From contig OZ024758.1 in assembly GCA_964016885.1 (NCBI GenBank), positions 23,560,001 to 23,624,000 of the forward strand: 64,000 bases of DNA, in the 5' to 3' direction. This document shows, one piece after another, positions 39,831 through 53,620 of this stretch. The notes beneath the pieces were generated by a model. That model did not search any database, was not told the origin of the DNA, and saw nothing but the letters and a program-made list of their open reading frames with translations. Within the stretch, counting starts at the first letter, position 1, and each line of letters starts with the position of its first letter. Made by a program: the position numbers and the translations under genes. This stretch comes from Eledone cirrhosa. Lineage: Eukaryota.

Positions 39831-40505
39831 CACACACACCACACACATAAATATAGATATACGCACACACATATATATATAAATATAGATATATACACAC
39901 ACACATATATATATAAATATAGATATATACACACACATATATATATAAATATAGATATATACACACACACATATATATATATATAGATATATACACACAC
40001 ACACATATATATATATAAATATAGATACACACACACACACTTCACCCTATATACATACCTGTTTATAGGTACCCATTTATATTCTAGTCTTGTCTAGTTT
40101 TGTCATGCATTGTTTTGTTTTCAGGCTTGTTTTGTTCTTGGAATTTTTGCAGTGCAGTAGATAAGTGTTTCTAACAGTAGCTACCAGTTAGTTAGCACAC
40201 AGCTACAGTTCCATAGTTAACTTAGTATGCTATTACTCCCATTATGACAACTTTGGGAATTCTATTCAAAGTTGATGATGATGTTAATTCAGTTCTAAGA
40301 GGTTGATTGTCAGAAAGAAATGGGGGAAATATTTCATCAGAATTTTTAAATAACTCTTCAATATCGTTTTTTATTTTTTATTTTTGTGTTTGCTGTTGTT
40401 GTTTCACTGCGGAGTTTAACTTCACACTATCTGGTTATTAAGTCAGCCCTCTTCAAGAACTTCAAGTCTCCTCTTTATGTATGTATGTCATTTATTCCAA
40501 TATAG

Positions 40506-40856
40506 CAGAGGTTCCCAAAGTGGGTGTGTTGGAAAGGTCCAGGGGGACACTGGAGCCTAAGGAAGCGCTCGGAGGGGGGGGGGGGGAGGAGGGCAGTGTA
40601 GAGATGATATAATAGTATATTAAATATCAAATGATATTATATCTAAATATAGTAAAATAAAAATATATAATATTTATTTATACATAGTATATATTATATT
40701 ATTTATTATATATAAATTAACAATTTTATTTATTATATATTATTTACAATTTCTGTGTTGGAAGGTCTCTCTGGAAATAGGGTTGGGGAGCTCTGAAGGT
40801 ATTATTTGGCTGTGAGGGGGTGGGAGCAGTGGCCCCCAAAATTTTGAGAACCTCTG
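40506..40856. mobile_element. Possible old hAT-type MITE
   Basis: Termini CAGAGGTTCCCAAA / TTTGAGAACCTCTG; no clear TSD. Confidence 0.5.
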
Positions 40857-41621
40857 TTTTATGGCAAGCTTAGAAAGCACAGGATTTTACTTCTCATTTG
40901 ATCTTTCATTTTAGGTAAAAGAAAAAAAGCAGAATGTATTAACTTAGTGTTAATGAGAGGATGTGAAAGTGAAAGATTATTACTGAATGTGAAGAAAAAA
41001 AAAGAAGAATATTTTTGTGTGAAGGAATGAGAATGTTTGATGAGAATATCTGTCATTGTGGAAGAACAGAAGAGAGTTTTTCTCTCTTTCCTCTCCTTCA
41101 ACCAGATTTCTTGTTGCTATTATGAGAAAATTAGGGACCTTTACCAAATAGAATTATGTTAGTACCTTAACCAATGAGTTACTTCGGTCATCACCCTTGA
41201 CTAAATTTGGCTAAGACAACGTCTTAAAATTATTGTTTTAGCTGAGATTAATAATTTGGAAATAGTAACATTGAATATCAAATTACACCCAAGGTGTTAT
41301 TCATTTTTCCTATTATCTTAACTCCTCTTTCTTTATTGAGATATTTATTTTGACTACCTTACAGAACGACGCTTCCATTCTTCTTTGTTGTAATTAAAAC
41401 TTATATTTTCTCTTTCATCTAATTTTTTACATTATCTTAGTTCATATTTTTTTTTGAGATATTTATTTTGACTATATTACAGAGCAAAGCTTCCATTATT
41501 CATCATCATCATCATTTTATGTCCGCTTTTCCCTGCTTGCAAGGGTGGGACACCCTTGCAAGCAGGGAATTAAAACTTGTTGTAATTAAAACTTATACTT
41601 TCTCTTTTTTTTTTTATCCAG

Positions 41622-41997
41622 GGTGTCACCAGAACAAAGCATGGAAAAAGAATTCGAATTGGATAAAAATATAAATATTGTGAAACCTTGCAGTAGTATG
41701 AATGTATACTTAGTAGACAAAACCAAAGTGCAATATGCTGAAGGAGACTTTGATTCTGCTGAAGAGGTCATGGAAGACTCTAAATTCAGTAGTAACAAAA
41801 GAAACACTGATTGTTCAACACCTGTAAGTCCTAGTTCTGTAAATAGCAGTCGGAATTCTTTAAATTCCTTGGATGGAGATAAGGAATGTACTTCTTTAAA
41901 TGAAGAAGACAACTTATATACTTCAGCTTATTCCAATAACCCAATAACAGTTCCAATAATTGGATATGAAACTATGGAACAACGTGCCAGATTTACT
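41622..41997 (+). CDS. SNX16: Internal coding exon of sorting nexin-16-like gene, ending at the start of the PX domain
   Basis: Strong acceptor (TTTCTCTTTTTTTTTTTATCCAG|G) and donor (ACT|GTAAGT at 41998). Translation ends ...NNPITVPIIGYETMEQRARFT, matching the SNX16 motif PTILGYEVMEERAKFT|VYKI as I recall it. The next exon (VYKI...FRRYTDF) was not found in the window. Confidence 0.85.
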
Positions 41998-42434
41998 GTA
42001 AGTTGACATTTTCATTTATCAAATTTATTGTTTTTGTCATCTAGTTCTACATTTCTTTATTAATGAGGTTAACCCATTAGCATTTAAACTGGCCGCATCT
42101 GGGCCAGAATTTTCTCACCCTTTTCTGTTCAAATTGGCCACAACTGGCCGTTCATACTGATATTAAGATATTGTTCTCAAAATAAATAATATCAAAATCC
42201 CATAGATTCGATATTATGTGAGATAATTATGTGAGATAAAGCCTTTACCACAAAAATTCATTAGTATGTATAGAGTAATGTAAATGTTAGAGGGTTAAGC
42301 AGGGCTACAGACCTCCTAGACGAGCTGATGGGGTCTTTATCCTGCTTATGTAAGGTCGTATCGAGTGCAGAGAAGTTGTCATGTCTTATGACACAAACTG
42401 AAGGGTCTCCCTAATTCCTTGTTTGGCAAGCTTT

Positions 42435-42620
42435 CTACTTCAAGGAGCCAGCCAGGCAGCCAGGCATCTGATTACCTACCAATCAGGAGAGCATACAAGC
42501 CAAATAGACTTCATCCTCACCAGGAAACAAGACAGGAAAAGGGTTGTAAATAGCATAGCCATTCCCGGGGAAGAATGTACTTCCCAACAGAGACTAGTTG
42601 TCAGTGACCTTAGAATAAAT
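42435..42620 (+). mobile_element. LINE (RTE-like) AP-endonuclease fragment
   Basis: ITYQSGEHTSQIDFILTRK..IPGEECTSQQRLVVSDL. Confidence 0.75.
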
Positions 42621-43329
42621 GTTAAACTGACTTATTCTAAAAAACTGGGATACATACAGGGTATCACCGTTTTGTTTTTGTACAATGTTTTGATTTGAGG
42701 CAAAAAACACCCAGTCCACACTGTAATGTGGTCACGTAAGTGTGATGACAATTAGCACCCAACCCCCACTGTAAAGTTGTCTTGTAGGTGTCGTGTCAAA
42801 AAGCTCCCAGCCCACACTGTAAAGAGTCGTGTAGGTATTGCGACAAAAAGCATCCAGCCCACACTGTAAATATGGGTGGCTTTAGGAAGGGTATCCAGCT
42901 GTAGAAATCTAGTCAGAAACAGTTATGTATGAGCAGGACATGGTCACTTGACCCAATTTGCCTTAAATGGGACAACTCGTCTAACCCATGCTAGCGTGGA
43001 AAGTGGACGTTAAACGATGATGATTATGTTTCACAAAAAAGTTCTATTGTCCCTTTAAATTAATGAATGATTTAAATTAATGAATGATTGTCTCTTTAAA
43101 TTAATGAAGGATTTGTGGAAGTTTTTTATTTTATTTTTTTTAATTAATGAATTTCTTTTTTTTTTTGGTTGGCATTTTTTTTGTCTGTCACACATATTTC
43201 GGTGTACCCTCTATCATGGCATTAGTCCAATGAATGAAACCAGTCTAAGAATGAAAGAATATAGGAAAGTGTTGTTTTGTTATTAGTTTAGAGATTGGCA
43301 AAAAGAAATTAAATTGTCATTATAACAAC

Positions 43330-43730
43330 TATCACCACCACCACTACCACCACAAGTGCCACAATCATGACCACAAATGCCACCACCACCACCACCACCA
43401 CCACCACCACTAACGCCACCACCATAAATGCCACCACCACCACAAATGCCATCAACACCAACACCATAAATGCTGCTGCCACCACCAACACCATCACCAT
43501 AAATGCCACCACCATCACCACCATAAATGCCACCACCACAAATGCCATCAACACCAACACCACCACCATAAATGCTACCGCCACCACCAACACCATCACC
43601 ATAAATGCTGCCACCATCACCACCATAAATGCCACCACCACAAATGCCATCAACACCAACACCACCACCATAAATGCTGCCGCCACCACCAACACCATCA
43701 CCACCACAAATGCCATCAACACCATAAATG
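43330..43730. repeat. (CAC)n-derived array with ACCATAAATGC subunits
   Basis: Direct inspection. Confidence 0.9.
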
Positions 43731-44499
43731 CTTTTAAAATAATTGTTTCTACTTTAGGCACAAGGCCAGCAATTACCCAGTGTATTACTGGTACTTTATT
43801 TTATTGACCCCGTAAGGATGAAAGGCAAAGTTAATCTAAATAATGGTTTCTGATTTAGGCACAAGACCAACAATTTTGGGGGAAGGGAAAGTCAATTAAA
43901 TTAGCCCTAGTATGTGATTTATACTTTATTTTATTGACCCCTGTAAGGATGAAAAGCAACGCTGACCTCAGCAGGATTTGAACTCAGAATATAAAAAGTC
44001 TGTAATTCTATGCCACAAAGCATGTGCTCCGACGCTCTACCAATATGACCAATCCACCGTCCTTTTTAAATAATTGTTTCTACTTTTGGCACAAGGCCAG
44101 CAATTACCCAGTGCATTACTGGTACTTTATTTTATCGACCCCGTAAGGATGAAAGGCAAAGTTAACCTCGGCGGGATTTGAACTCAGATTGGAAAGGGCC
44201 GTAACTCTATGCGTCAAAGCATGGCGTCCGACCCTCTACCGATACTGCCAATCCACCGCCCTTTTAATAATTGTTTCTACTTTAGGCACAAGGCCAGCAA
44301 TTACCCAGTGCATTACTGGTACTTTATTTTATCAACCCCGTAAGGATGAAAGGCAAAGTCAACCTCGGCGGGATTTGAACTCAGATCGTAATAATAATAT
44401 TTTTGTTTTGGAGTTGTACTTGTCTGGCAAATGACTTGATCTGAGATCATGAGTTGAAACTAAAACAATTACTGTGTAGTCATTTTAGCCTTCAAAAAA

Positions 44500-44882
44500 C
44501 ACACATATTCCTGAGAGGGTCGTGGGGGCAGAGTCCTCAAACACTCCTTCCAGCGGGTCCTGTCAGAAGCAAACGTCTCCCACATATTTATGAGAGGGTC
44601 TTGGGGTCAGAGTCCTCAAACACTCCTTCCAGCAGGTCCTGTCAGAAGCAAACGTCTCCCACATATTCCTGAGAGGGTCTTGGGGTCAGTCCTCAAACAC
44701 TCCTTCCAGCGGGTCCTGTCAGAAGCAAACGTCTCCCACATATTTATGAGAGGGTCTTGGGGTCAGAGTCCTCAAACACTCCTTCCAGCGGGTCCTGACA
44801 GAAGTAAACGTCCCCCACATATTCCTGAGAGGGTCGTGGGGGCAGAGTCCTCAAACACTCCTTCCAGCGGGTCCTGTCAGAG
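44500..44882. repeat. ~79-bp minisatellite, 5 copies (single diverged copy near 63245-63320)
   Basis: CACATATT recurs at 44581, 44660, 44737, 44816. Confidence 0.9.
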
Positions 44883-46218
44883 GTAACCGCCTCCAACTGA
44901 TCTGGCTGGATCCCCGAGCGTGACCAGCCAAGCCCATGGATGTTATCCAACCATCTTGCTTGGGGTCTACCCCTGGGTCTCTTGCTGGTTGTTTTTACTC
45001 ATAAATAAAAACACACACAAACTGTAACTGAAGTGGAATTGTGTCAGTGACCAGGTCACAAATAGTGTCATGAAAATTTTGAGTCCAAGAAATAAATGAT
45101 AAATGTAAAGTGGAGTTAATAAAGAAAATATGTTTAGAAAGCAGTGAACGTAGTTTGAAATTGAAATAGAAATATAAAGCTTCACTAACATTTGACTAAA
45201 TAATTGTTTCTACTATTGGCACAAGGCCAGCAATTACCCAGTACATTACTGGTACTTTGACTAAATAATATAGTTTAATAATGTGGCTTATAAACTCACT
45301 GAACTGTAACCATCTTTTTCCATTCAGTGGGTTTATACGTCTCATTATTAGACTGATATTTAGTCAAATGTTACGGCAAAGCTTTATATTTCTATTTGAA
45401 GTTAATAATTTTTGAGTTTCTTTAACATTTACATTACTCTATATTTACTATTGTATTTTCACAGTGAAGGCTTTACCTCACATAATATCTCATATAACAT
45501 TTACATTACTCTATATTTACTATTGTATTTTCACAGTGAAGGCTTTACCTCACATAATTATCTCACATAATATCGAATCCATGAGATTTTGATATTATTT
45601 ATTTTTATTTTGAGAACAATACCTTAACATCAGTATGAATGGCCAGTTAGAGCCAGCTTTAACTGGATACCGCTGGTTTAAATGCTAAAGGGTTAAAATG
45701 ACTGAAACACTCTTCCAGACAAATATTTTTGTTGTTTCTCTCTTTCCTGGTCACCTACTGGTCTCAAGTGTCTTCTTTCCTTTTCCCCTATTGCTCCCAG
45801 CCCCATAAGTATTATCTACTGTTGTATTTATTTATTATTTATATTTGTTTAATTTGTTTTATTTACATACTTAGTCATATATTTACTTTAAATCTTCTCC
45901 TCCTCCTCCCTCAACAGAAACCTGTTTACATATTTACATGTACTAAGAATGTGGAGTATCAAGTGTAGTCTGCTGCAGTCTCTGTATATATTTACACACA
46001 CCTGCTGCAAAATGGCTGTCGAACACAGTCACTGCCACGTTTGTATGTGTCTGTCTATGAGTGCGTATCATCATTTTATGTCCGCTTTCCCCTGCTTGCA
46101 AGGGTGGGACGGTTGTCCTGTTGTGGGTAGTGTCCGGTCGGCTGACCTTGTCTTGCCCATACAGGAACTGATTCTGGCTTGATTTCTACAGCTGGATGCC
46201 CTTCCTAACACCAATCTC

Positions 46219-46912
46219 ATTTACAGTGAGTGCTGGGTGCTTTTTTTCCGTGGCACCTCCACGACCACTTTACAGTGAGTGCTGGGTGCTTTTTTTCCGT
46301 GGCACCTCCACGTCCACTTTACAGTGAGTGCTGGGTGCTTTTTTTCCGTGGCACCTCCACGTCCACTTTACAGTGAGTGCTGGGTGCTTTTTTTCCGTGG
46401 CACCTCCACGACCACTTTACAGTGAGTGCTGGGTGCTTTTTTTCCGTGGCACCTCCACGTCCACTTTACAGTGAGTGCTGGGTGCTTTTTTTCCGTGGCA
46501 CCTCCACGTCCACTTTACAGTGAGTGCTGGGTGCTTTTTTTCCGTGGCACCTCCACGACCACTTTACAGTGAGTGCTGGGTGCTTTTTTTCCGTGGCACC
46601 TCCACGTCCACTTTACAGTGAGTGCTGGGTGCTTTTTTTCCGTGGCACCTCCACGTCCACTTTACAGTGAGTGCTGGGTGCTTTTTTTCCGTGGCACCTC
46701 CACGTCCACTTTACAGTGAGTGCTGGGTGCTTTTTTTCCGTGGCACCTCCACGTCCACTTTACAGTGAGTGCTGGGTGCTTTTTTTCCGTGGCACCTCCA
46801 CGACCACTTTACAGTGAGTGCTGGGTGCTTTTTTTCCGTGGCGCCTCCATGACCACTTTACAGTGAGTGCTGGGTGCTTTTTTTCCGTGGCGCCTCCACG
46901 TCCACTTTGCAG
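46219..46912. repeat. 48-bp tandem array (about 14-15 copies) inside a SINE B copy
   Basis: Unit TTTACAGTGAGTGCTGGGTGCTTTTTTTCCGTGGCACCTCCACG(A/T)CCAC. Confidence 0.95.
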
Positions 46913-47099
46913 TGGAATGATAGGGACCCCAGTCCCTATCATCTCATTTCTACAGCTGAGTAAACTGGAGCAATGTGAAATAAAGTGTCTTGCTCAAGGA
47001 AACAACACATCACCCGGTCTGAGAATTGAACTCACAACCTTTCGATTGCAAGGCCAATGCTCTAACCACTAAGCCATGTGCCTCCATATATGTATGAAT

Positions 47100-47139
<40 letters not shown>

Positions 47140-48124
47140 AGCATGTATGCATCATCATCATCATCATTATCGTTTAATGTCCATTTTCCATGCTAGCATG
47201 GGTTAGACGGGTTGTCCCATTTAGAGTCAAGTTGGGTCAAGTGACCGTGTCTTACTCATATAGGACTGTTTCTGGTTTGGTTTCTACGGCTGGGTGCTTT
47301 TTGTCGTGATGCATACACAACCGCATTACAGGGGCTTCGGTGATCTTTGTCATGACACCTACACGCCCACTTTACAGGGTGGGCTGTATATGTATGAATA
47401 GTGGGTGTTTGTTTGTGTGTGTGTGTGTGTGTGTGTGCATATGTCATGCATACATACATGCACACACATAAGTGCACACATCCATGCATAGTTTCTTCAG
47501 TTTAATTAGAAATTAACAATAAAACCATACCAGGTCGTGCTATTAAGTTAGATATGACCTGGGCCAATACTGGCTGAAACCTATCAAAGTTTCCATATAT
47601 TTAACCATTGTATATGTGTTGGTGTTGGTGTGTATATGTGTTGGTGTGCATGTGTGTGTTGGTGTGCATGTGTGTTGGTGTGTATGTGTTTTGCAACCAG
47701 TGCACAAAAGAAACATTTTTTTTCTGATTTGGTACTAAAGCAATTATTGTAAACACCACACCCTCTCAGCTGTGTATTTCTAACAAGTGCACAAAAGAAA
47801 TTAATATTGTACAGAATGGAATGTATGAGAAAGGCATGGTCATATGACCTGTCTAGTGTCAGATCATGATAACCCATCTGACCTATCCAACCATGAAAAA
47901 TGATAACGATGATGATGATAAAAGATTAGTTGCCTAAAAATACTGTTGCAGATAATAATTATATTTACTATACATTCAGTGTGTACATACGTTTGTCACA
48001 GGAAAAATAATTTTACACAACATAAGATTTTCATGCACACTGACTGTAAAGAGTTCATGCTGGTGACATGGCCAAAAGCACCCAGCCCTCCCTATAACGC
48101 TGGTTATGTTGGTGCCATGACAAA

Positions 48125-48725
48125 AAACACCCAGTCCACACTATAAAGTGGTTGTGCTGGTGTCATGATAAAAGGCACTCGTTCCACACTGTAAAGTGGT
48201 TGTGTTGGTGACATGATAAAAGGCACTCAGTCCACACAGTAAAGTGGTTGTGTTGGTGCCATGATAAAAGGCACTCAGTCCACAGTGTAAAGGGGTTGTG
48301 TTGGTGCCATGATAAAATACACTCAGTTCACAGTGTAAAGGGGTTGTGTTGGTGCCATGTTCACCCAGTCCACAGTGTAATGTGGTTGTGCTGGTGCCAT
48401 GTTCACCCAGTCCACACTGTAAAGTGGTTGTGTTGGTGCCATGTTCACCCAGTCCACAGTGTAAAGTGGTTGTGCTGGTGCCATGTTCACCCAGTCCACA
48501 GTGTAAAGTGGTTGTGCTGGTGCCATGTTCACCCAGTCCACAGTGTAAAGTGGTTGTGCTGGTGCCATGTTCACCCAGTCCACACTGTAAAGTGGTTGTG
48601 CTGGTGCCATGTTCACCCAGTCCACAGTGTAAAGTGGTTGTGCTGGTGCCATGTTCACCCAGTCCACAGTGTAAAGTGGTTGTGCTGGTGCCATGTTCAC
48701 CCAGTCCACACTGTAAAGTGGTTGG
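48125..48725. repeat. 42-47-bp tandem array inside a SINE-B-related element
   Basis: Unit CCAGTCCACAGTGTAAAGTGGTTGTGCTGGTGCCATGTTCAC. Confidence 0.9.
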
Positions 48726-49259
48726 CATTAAGAAGAGCATCCAGGCATACAAACGAAGCCAGAATCAGTTCTATATGAGCAAGACACAGTCATCTGATCT
48801 GAGTTGTCTCACAACGGGACAACCTGTCTAATCCACGCTATTGTGGAAATATGGACATGAAGCAGTGATGATGATGATTATGATGATAATCACTACTTCT
48901 GCTTTGGTGATATCAATACAAAAGTATATCTGAAAAGGATCTTATATACACTGGTAGTGTATGTTTTAATGGTTAAAATATTGATTATTGCCTTCTATTA
49001 CTTAACACAAGATAAACCCTGTAGTTTTATTAACTGCATATATTACAAATATGTTATTGGATTGGCAGTTTCGGTGGAGGGTCGGACGCCATGCTTTCCA
49101 GCATAGTTACGTCCCTTTACGATCCGAGTTCAAATCCCGCCGAGGTTGACTTTGCCTTTCATCCTTACGGGGTCGATAGAATAAAGTACCAGTAATGCAC
49201 TGGGTAATTGCTGGCCTTGTGCCTAAAGTAGAAACAGTTATTACACTTGATTTGTACAA

Positions 49260-49565
49260 GGTGTTAGTCACAGCTCTTGTGTGTATTACAACTATATTAC
49301 TACGTGTGATTTCTATACGGTGTTAGTCACAGCTCTTGTGTGTATTACAACTATATTACTACGTGTGATTTCTATACGGTGTTAGTCACAGCTCTTGTGT
49401 GTATTACAACTATATTACTACGTGTGATTTCTATACGGTGTTAGTCACAGCTCTTGTGTGTATTACAACTATATTACTACGTGTGATTTCTATACGGTGT
49501 TAGTCACAGCTCTTGTGTGTATTACAACTATATTACTACGTGTGATTTCTATACGGTGTTAGTCA
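49260..49565. repeat. 59-bp perfect minisatellite, 5 copies
   Basis: Unit GGTGTTAGTCACAGCTCTTGTGTGTATTACAACTATATTACTACGTGTGATTTCTATAC. Confidence 0.95.
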
Positions 49566-50791
49566 TGTGTAGAATGCTGCTCTCTGAAAGTTACTGAAGT
49601 GGTTACAACTTTCATATCTGTGATCAACCTTTACCTTTATTATATAATATCTTCTGTTCATCCTACTTCTGTGAATAGGTGCACCCATAACCTTGTGTGT
49701 CGTAAGAGGAAAGTAAAAGAATTGACGATAGGAAGGCCATCTGGTTGAAAACACTGACCCCCCCCCCATCCCCATCCCCAAGGGGTGAGAGAATTCTGGC
49801 TGGATACAGCTGTTTTAACCCTTTAGCATTTAAACCGGCTGCGTCGAGGTTAACTTTGCCTTCCATCCTTACGGGGGTCGATAAAATAAAGTACCAGTAA
49901 TACACTGGGATAATTGCTGGCCTTGTGCCAAAAGTAGAAACAATTATTACAGCTGGAGAAATACTTTTCAATGGAAGAGGAACATGTTTAATTTTCTTCA
50001 ATTTTGTATTCATAAATTTACTAATCTTCCTGTTTTCATTCTAATTTTTAGATATCCTTTCATTTCCATGTAACTAAACAAATTTCATCTCCCTTGACCA
50101 TGAAAATATATTTAAAAATAAAATTATAAGTTTAATTATACATTTTTTTTGAATGGATGGGTTTAGCAGAGCTGCAAATTTGCACATTTATTTGGTGAAT
50201 TGGAGTCTTCTAATGTGATTTCTAATGATAATGACTCACTGAAAGTTTGTTTACATTCACCTACTTTTGGCTACAACTTGGCAGCACATTTTACACACTA
50301 TTGTGTTGGGTTTGGGATTATGCCAATTATAACAGAAATTAAGGTCATTAGTACATATCTATGTGCATTTTTATGTGTGCATAATGCGTATATGCATCAT
50401 CATCATCATCATCATCACCGTTTTACGTCCGTTCTTCCACGCTAGCATGGGTTAGACGGGTTGGGTTGTCCTGTTGTGGGCAGTGTCCGGTCGGCTGACC
50501 TTGTCTTGCTCATACGGGAACCGATTCTGGCTTGATTTCTACAGCTGGATGCCCTTCCTAACACCAACCTCATCTACAGTGAGTGCTGGGTGCTTTTTTT
50601 GCTGTGGTGCCTCCACGTCCACTTTACAGTGTGGGCTGGGTGCTTTTTTTCCGTGGCACCTCCACGTCCACTTTACAGTGGAATGATAGGGACCCCAGTC
50701 CTATGATCTCATTTATACAGCTGAGTAAACTGGAGCAATGTGAAATAAAGTGTCTTGCTCAAGGAAACAACACATCACCCGGCATATATAC

Positions 50792-50829
<38 letters not shown>

Positions 50830-50869
50830 CGAAGGAAATGTAAGGAACCAGATGGACCATGTATATGCA

Positions 50870-50913
<44 letters not shown>

Positions 50914-51226
50914 CATATGTATATACACACAGATATATACACATATACATAAGCATATTTTAATACAAATTTTATGAGCCATAGCTTAAATAAAGCTGCT
51001 TTTAAGTATCTATATATAGATGTGTGTGTGTAAATATATATATATATATATATATTTATGTATATTTATATGTATGTATGTATATATGTATGTATGTATA
51101 TTTATATGTATGTATGTATATTTATATGTATGTATGTATATTTATATGTATGTATGTATATTTATATGTATGTATATTTATATATATGTATGTATGTATA
51201 TTTATATGTATGTATATATATATATG

Positions 51227-51746
51227 TATAATAAATAAATAACAAAGAACGCTTATAGCATATGCATATCTTTACTTGCTAACATTGTTTCATCCACACT
51301 ATAAGTGGGACTCATCAGAGCATAAAGGTTAATTACATACCATACAAGCAATAACAAATCCAGAAATATATTTTTAAAAAATTGGTGTGTGAACCGGTTT
51401 GTGATTACCCCACCGCTCAACTGTGTGAATGCACACCCATGACTTTCGAGTGAACTTTCGAGACTGCCCAACCTGGGACGCCTCCATTGCCTTGCAATGG
51501 TCAAGTGATACTGGTGACTGTGACACTTAGTGCCTTCGTGGGCCCCTGATGTTTTCAAGAAATGTATTTTGAAAAATTGGTCAAGTGATACACATAACTG
51601 TGACATTTAGTGCCTTCGTGGGCCCCTGATATATTCAAGAGATATATTCTAAAAAAATATATATCTTATCTCAATTTACTTTATTTCATTTTATTTTATT
51701 TCATTTCATGTTATCTAATTTTATTTATTTACTTACTTGACTCCAT

Positions 51747-51789
<43 letters not shown>

Positions 51790-52672
51790 TATTTAAATTT
51801 AGATTTTAATTTTAAAATTTTAAAATTTAAATTTAAATTTTATTTATTTATTTATTTATTTAATTTTTAATTTTTATTTATTTATTTATTTATTTAATTA
51901 CATTTAATTACATTTAATTATACATATAATTATAATTACACATTTGATTTTAATTTTAATTTAGTCTGTTATTTGATTTTAGTTTACCTTATTTTATCTT
52001 ATTTTACGATTATACTATATTATGTTCTATGTATATAATTTTTAATTTTTAATTGTATATTATTTTATCTCATTCCTTACCCTATATTTTATATTTTATA
52101 TGTAAGTTTGTTATGTATTTCTTTGTATTTCTTTTTATATATATTATAAGTCTGTTTTTTACCTATTTTTTACCTATTTTTTACCTATTTTTTACCTATT
52201 TTTTTACCTACTCTTACCTAATCCCATTATCTTATCTACTCTTGTCTGTTCTCTTATCCATGTGTCTACTCTTGTCTGTTCTCTTATCCATGTGTATGCT
52301 TGTATGTAACTATATGTTGACAGCACACCGCCCAACTGTGACAGATAGCACCCCTTATTTTTATTTTTATTTTCACTTTTATTTTTATTTACTTTTTATT
52401 CTTATCCTCTATCGTCTATTATTACCTTTCATTCTTCAATGTCTTGGATTTGTTATTGCTTGTATGGTATGTAATTAACCTTTATGCTCTGATGAGTCCC
52501 ACTTATAGTGTGGATGAAACAATGTTAGCAAGTAAAGATATGCATATGCTATAAGCGTTCTTTGTTATTTATTTATTATATTACGGCTCTGTCCTCAGAC
52601 ATTGAGCTAACCTCATACTGCCTGCTGGATAAGTGGAGTGTTATACACCCCTGATCCTTTCCCTAGCATACT
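51227..52672. mobile_element. Second Penelope-like family: ~136-bp inverted repeats (51227-51362 / 52445-52580) around a 1.1-kb AT-rich body, plus tail
   Basis: Arms appear identical in reverse complement, each with a hammerhead core; embedded in TA/TATG microsatellite. No intact RT or GIY-YIG ORF is recognisable. Confidence 0.7.
52480..52537 (+). ncRNA. Hammerhead ribozyme motif (antisense copy 51270-51327)
   Basis: CTTTA TGCT-CTGATGA-GTCC CAC TTATA GTG T GGAT-GAAA-CAATG-TT^-AGCA AG TAAAG; stem I extended across a 2-nt bulge. Confidence 0.7.
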
Positions 52673-52859
52673 ATATATATATGTATGTATGTATATTTAT
52701 ATGTATGTACAAGTGTGTGTGTATAGAAAGGGCATCCAACCGTAAAAACCAAGCCAAGATCTGTATGAGCAAGACATGGTTAACTGACCTGACTTGCCAC
52801 ATAGTGTGACAACCTGGCAAAGTATAGAAAATGGATTTTAAATGTTGTGGTTGATGATG

Positions 52860-52967
52860 ATGGGGTGTGTGTGTGTGTGTGTGTGTCAACATATATGTAT
52901 GTACATGTGTATATATATATATATGTATGTACATGTGTATATATATATATATGTGTATATATACATT

Positions 52968-53010
<43 letters not shown>

Positions 53011-53580
53011 ATATATGTATGTATATATACATATATGTGTATATATGTATGTATATGTGTATATATGTATGTATATATACATATATATGTGTATATATGT
53101 ATGTATATATACATATATATGTATGTATATATACATATATATGTGTATATATGTATGTATATATACATGTATATGTGTATATATGTATGTATATATACAT
53201 GTATATGTGTATATATGTATGTATATATACATGTATATGTGTATATATGTATGTATATATACATGTATATGTGTATATATGTATGTATATATACATGTAT
53301 ATGTGTATATATGTATGTATATATACATGTATATGTGTATATATGTATGTATATATACATGTATATGTGTATATATGTATGTATATATACATGTATATGT
53401 GTATATATGTATGTATATATACATGTATATGTGTGTATATATGTATGTATATATACATGTATATGTGTGTATATATGTATGTATATATACATATATATGT
53501 GTGTGTATATATGTATGTATATATACATTTATACGTGTGTGTATATATACATGTATATATATATAAATATACATATATAT
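52860..53580. repeat. Compound (TA)/(TG)/(TATG) microsatellite with higher-order periodicity
   Basis: Direct inspection; similar tracts at 14440-14975, 26235-26775, 53835-54085, 58125-59430. Confidence 0.95.
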
Positions 53581-53620
53581 ACAAACTATTTATACATATA
53601 AGCTATATTATTTATGTGAA

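Noticed and set aside
43367-43807. Thr/Asn/Ala-rich mucin- or antifreeze-like ORF
   Set aside because: Derived from (CAC)n repeats and runs directly into a SINE.
46219-46912. CRISPR-like regular array
   Set aside because: Head-to-tail tandem units with no unique spacers, inside a SINE.
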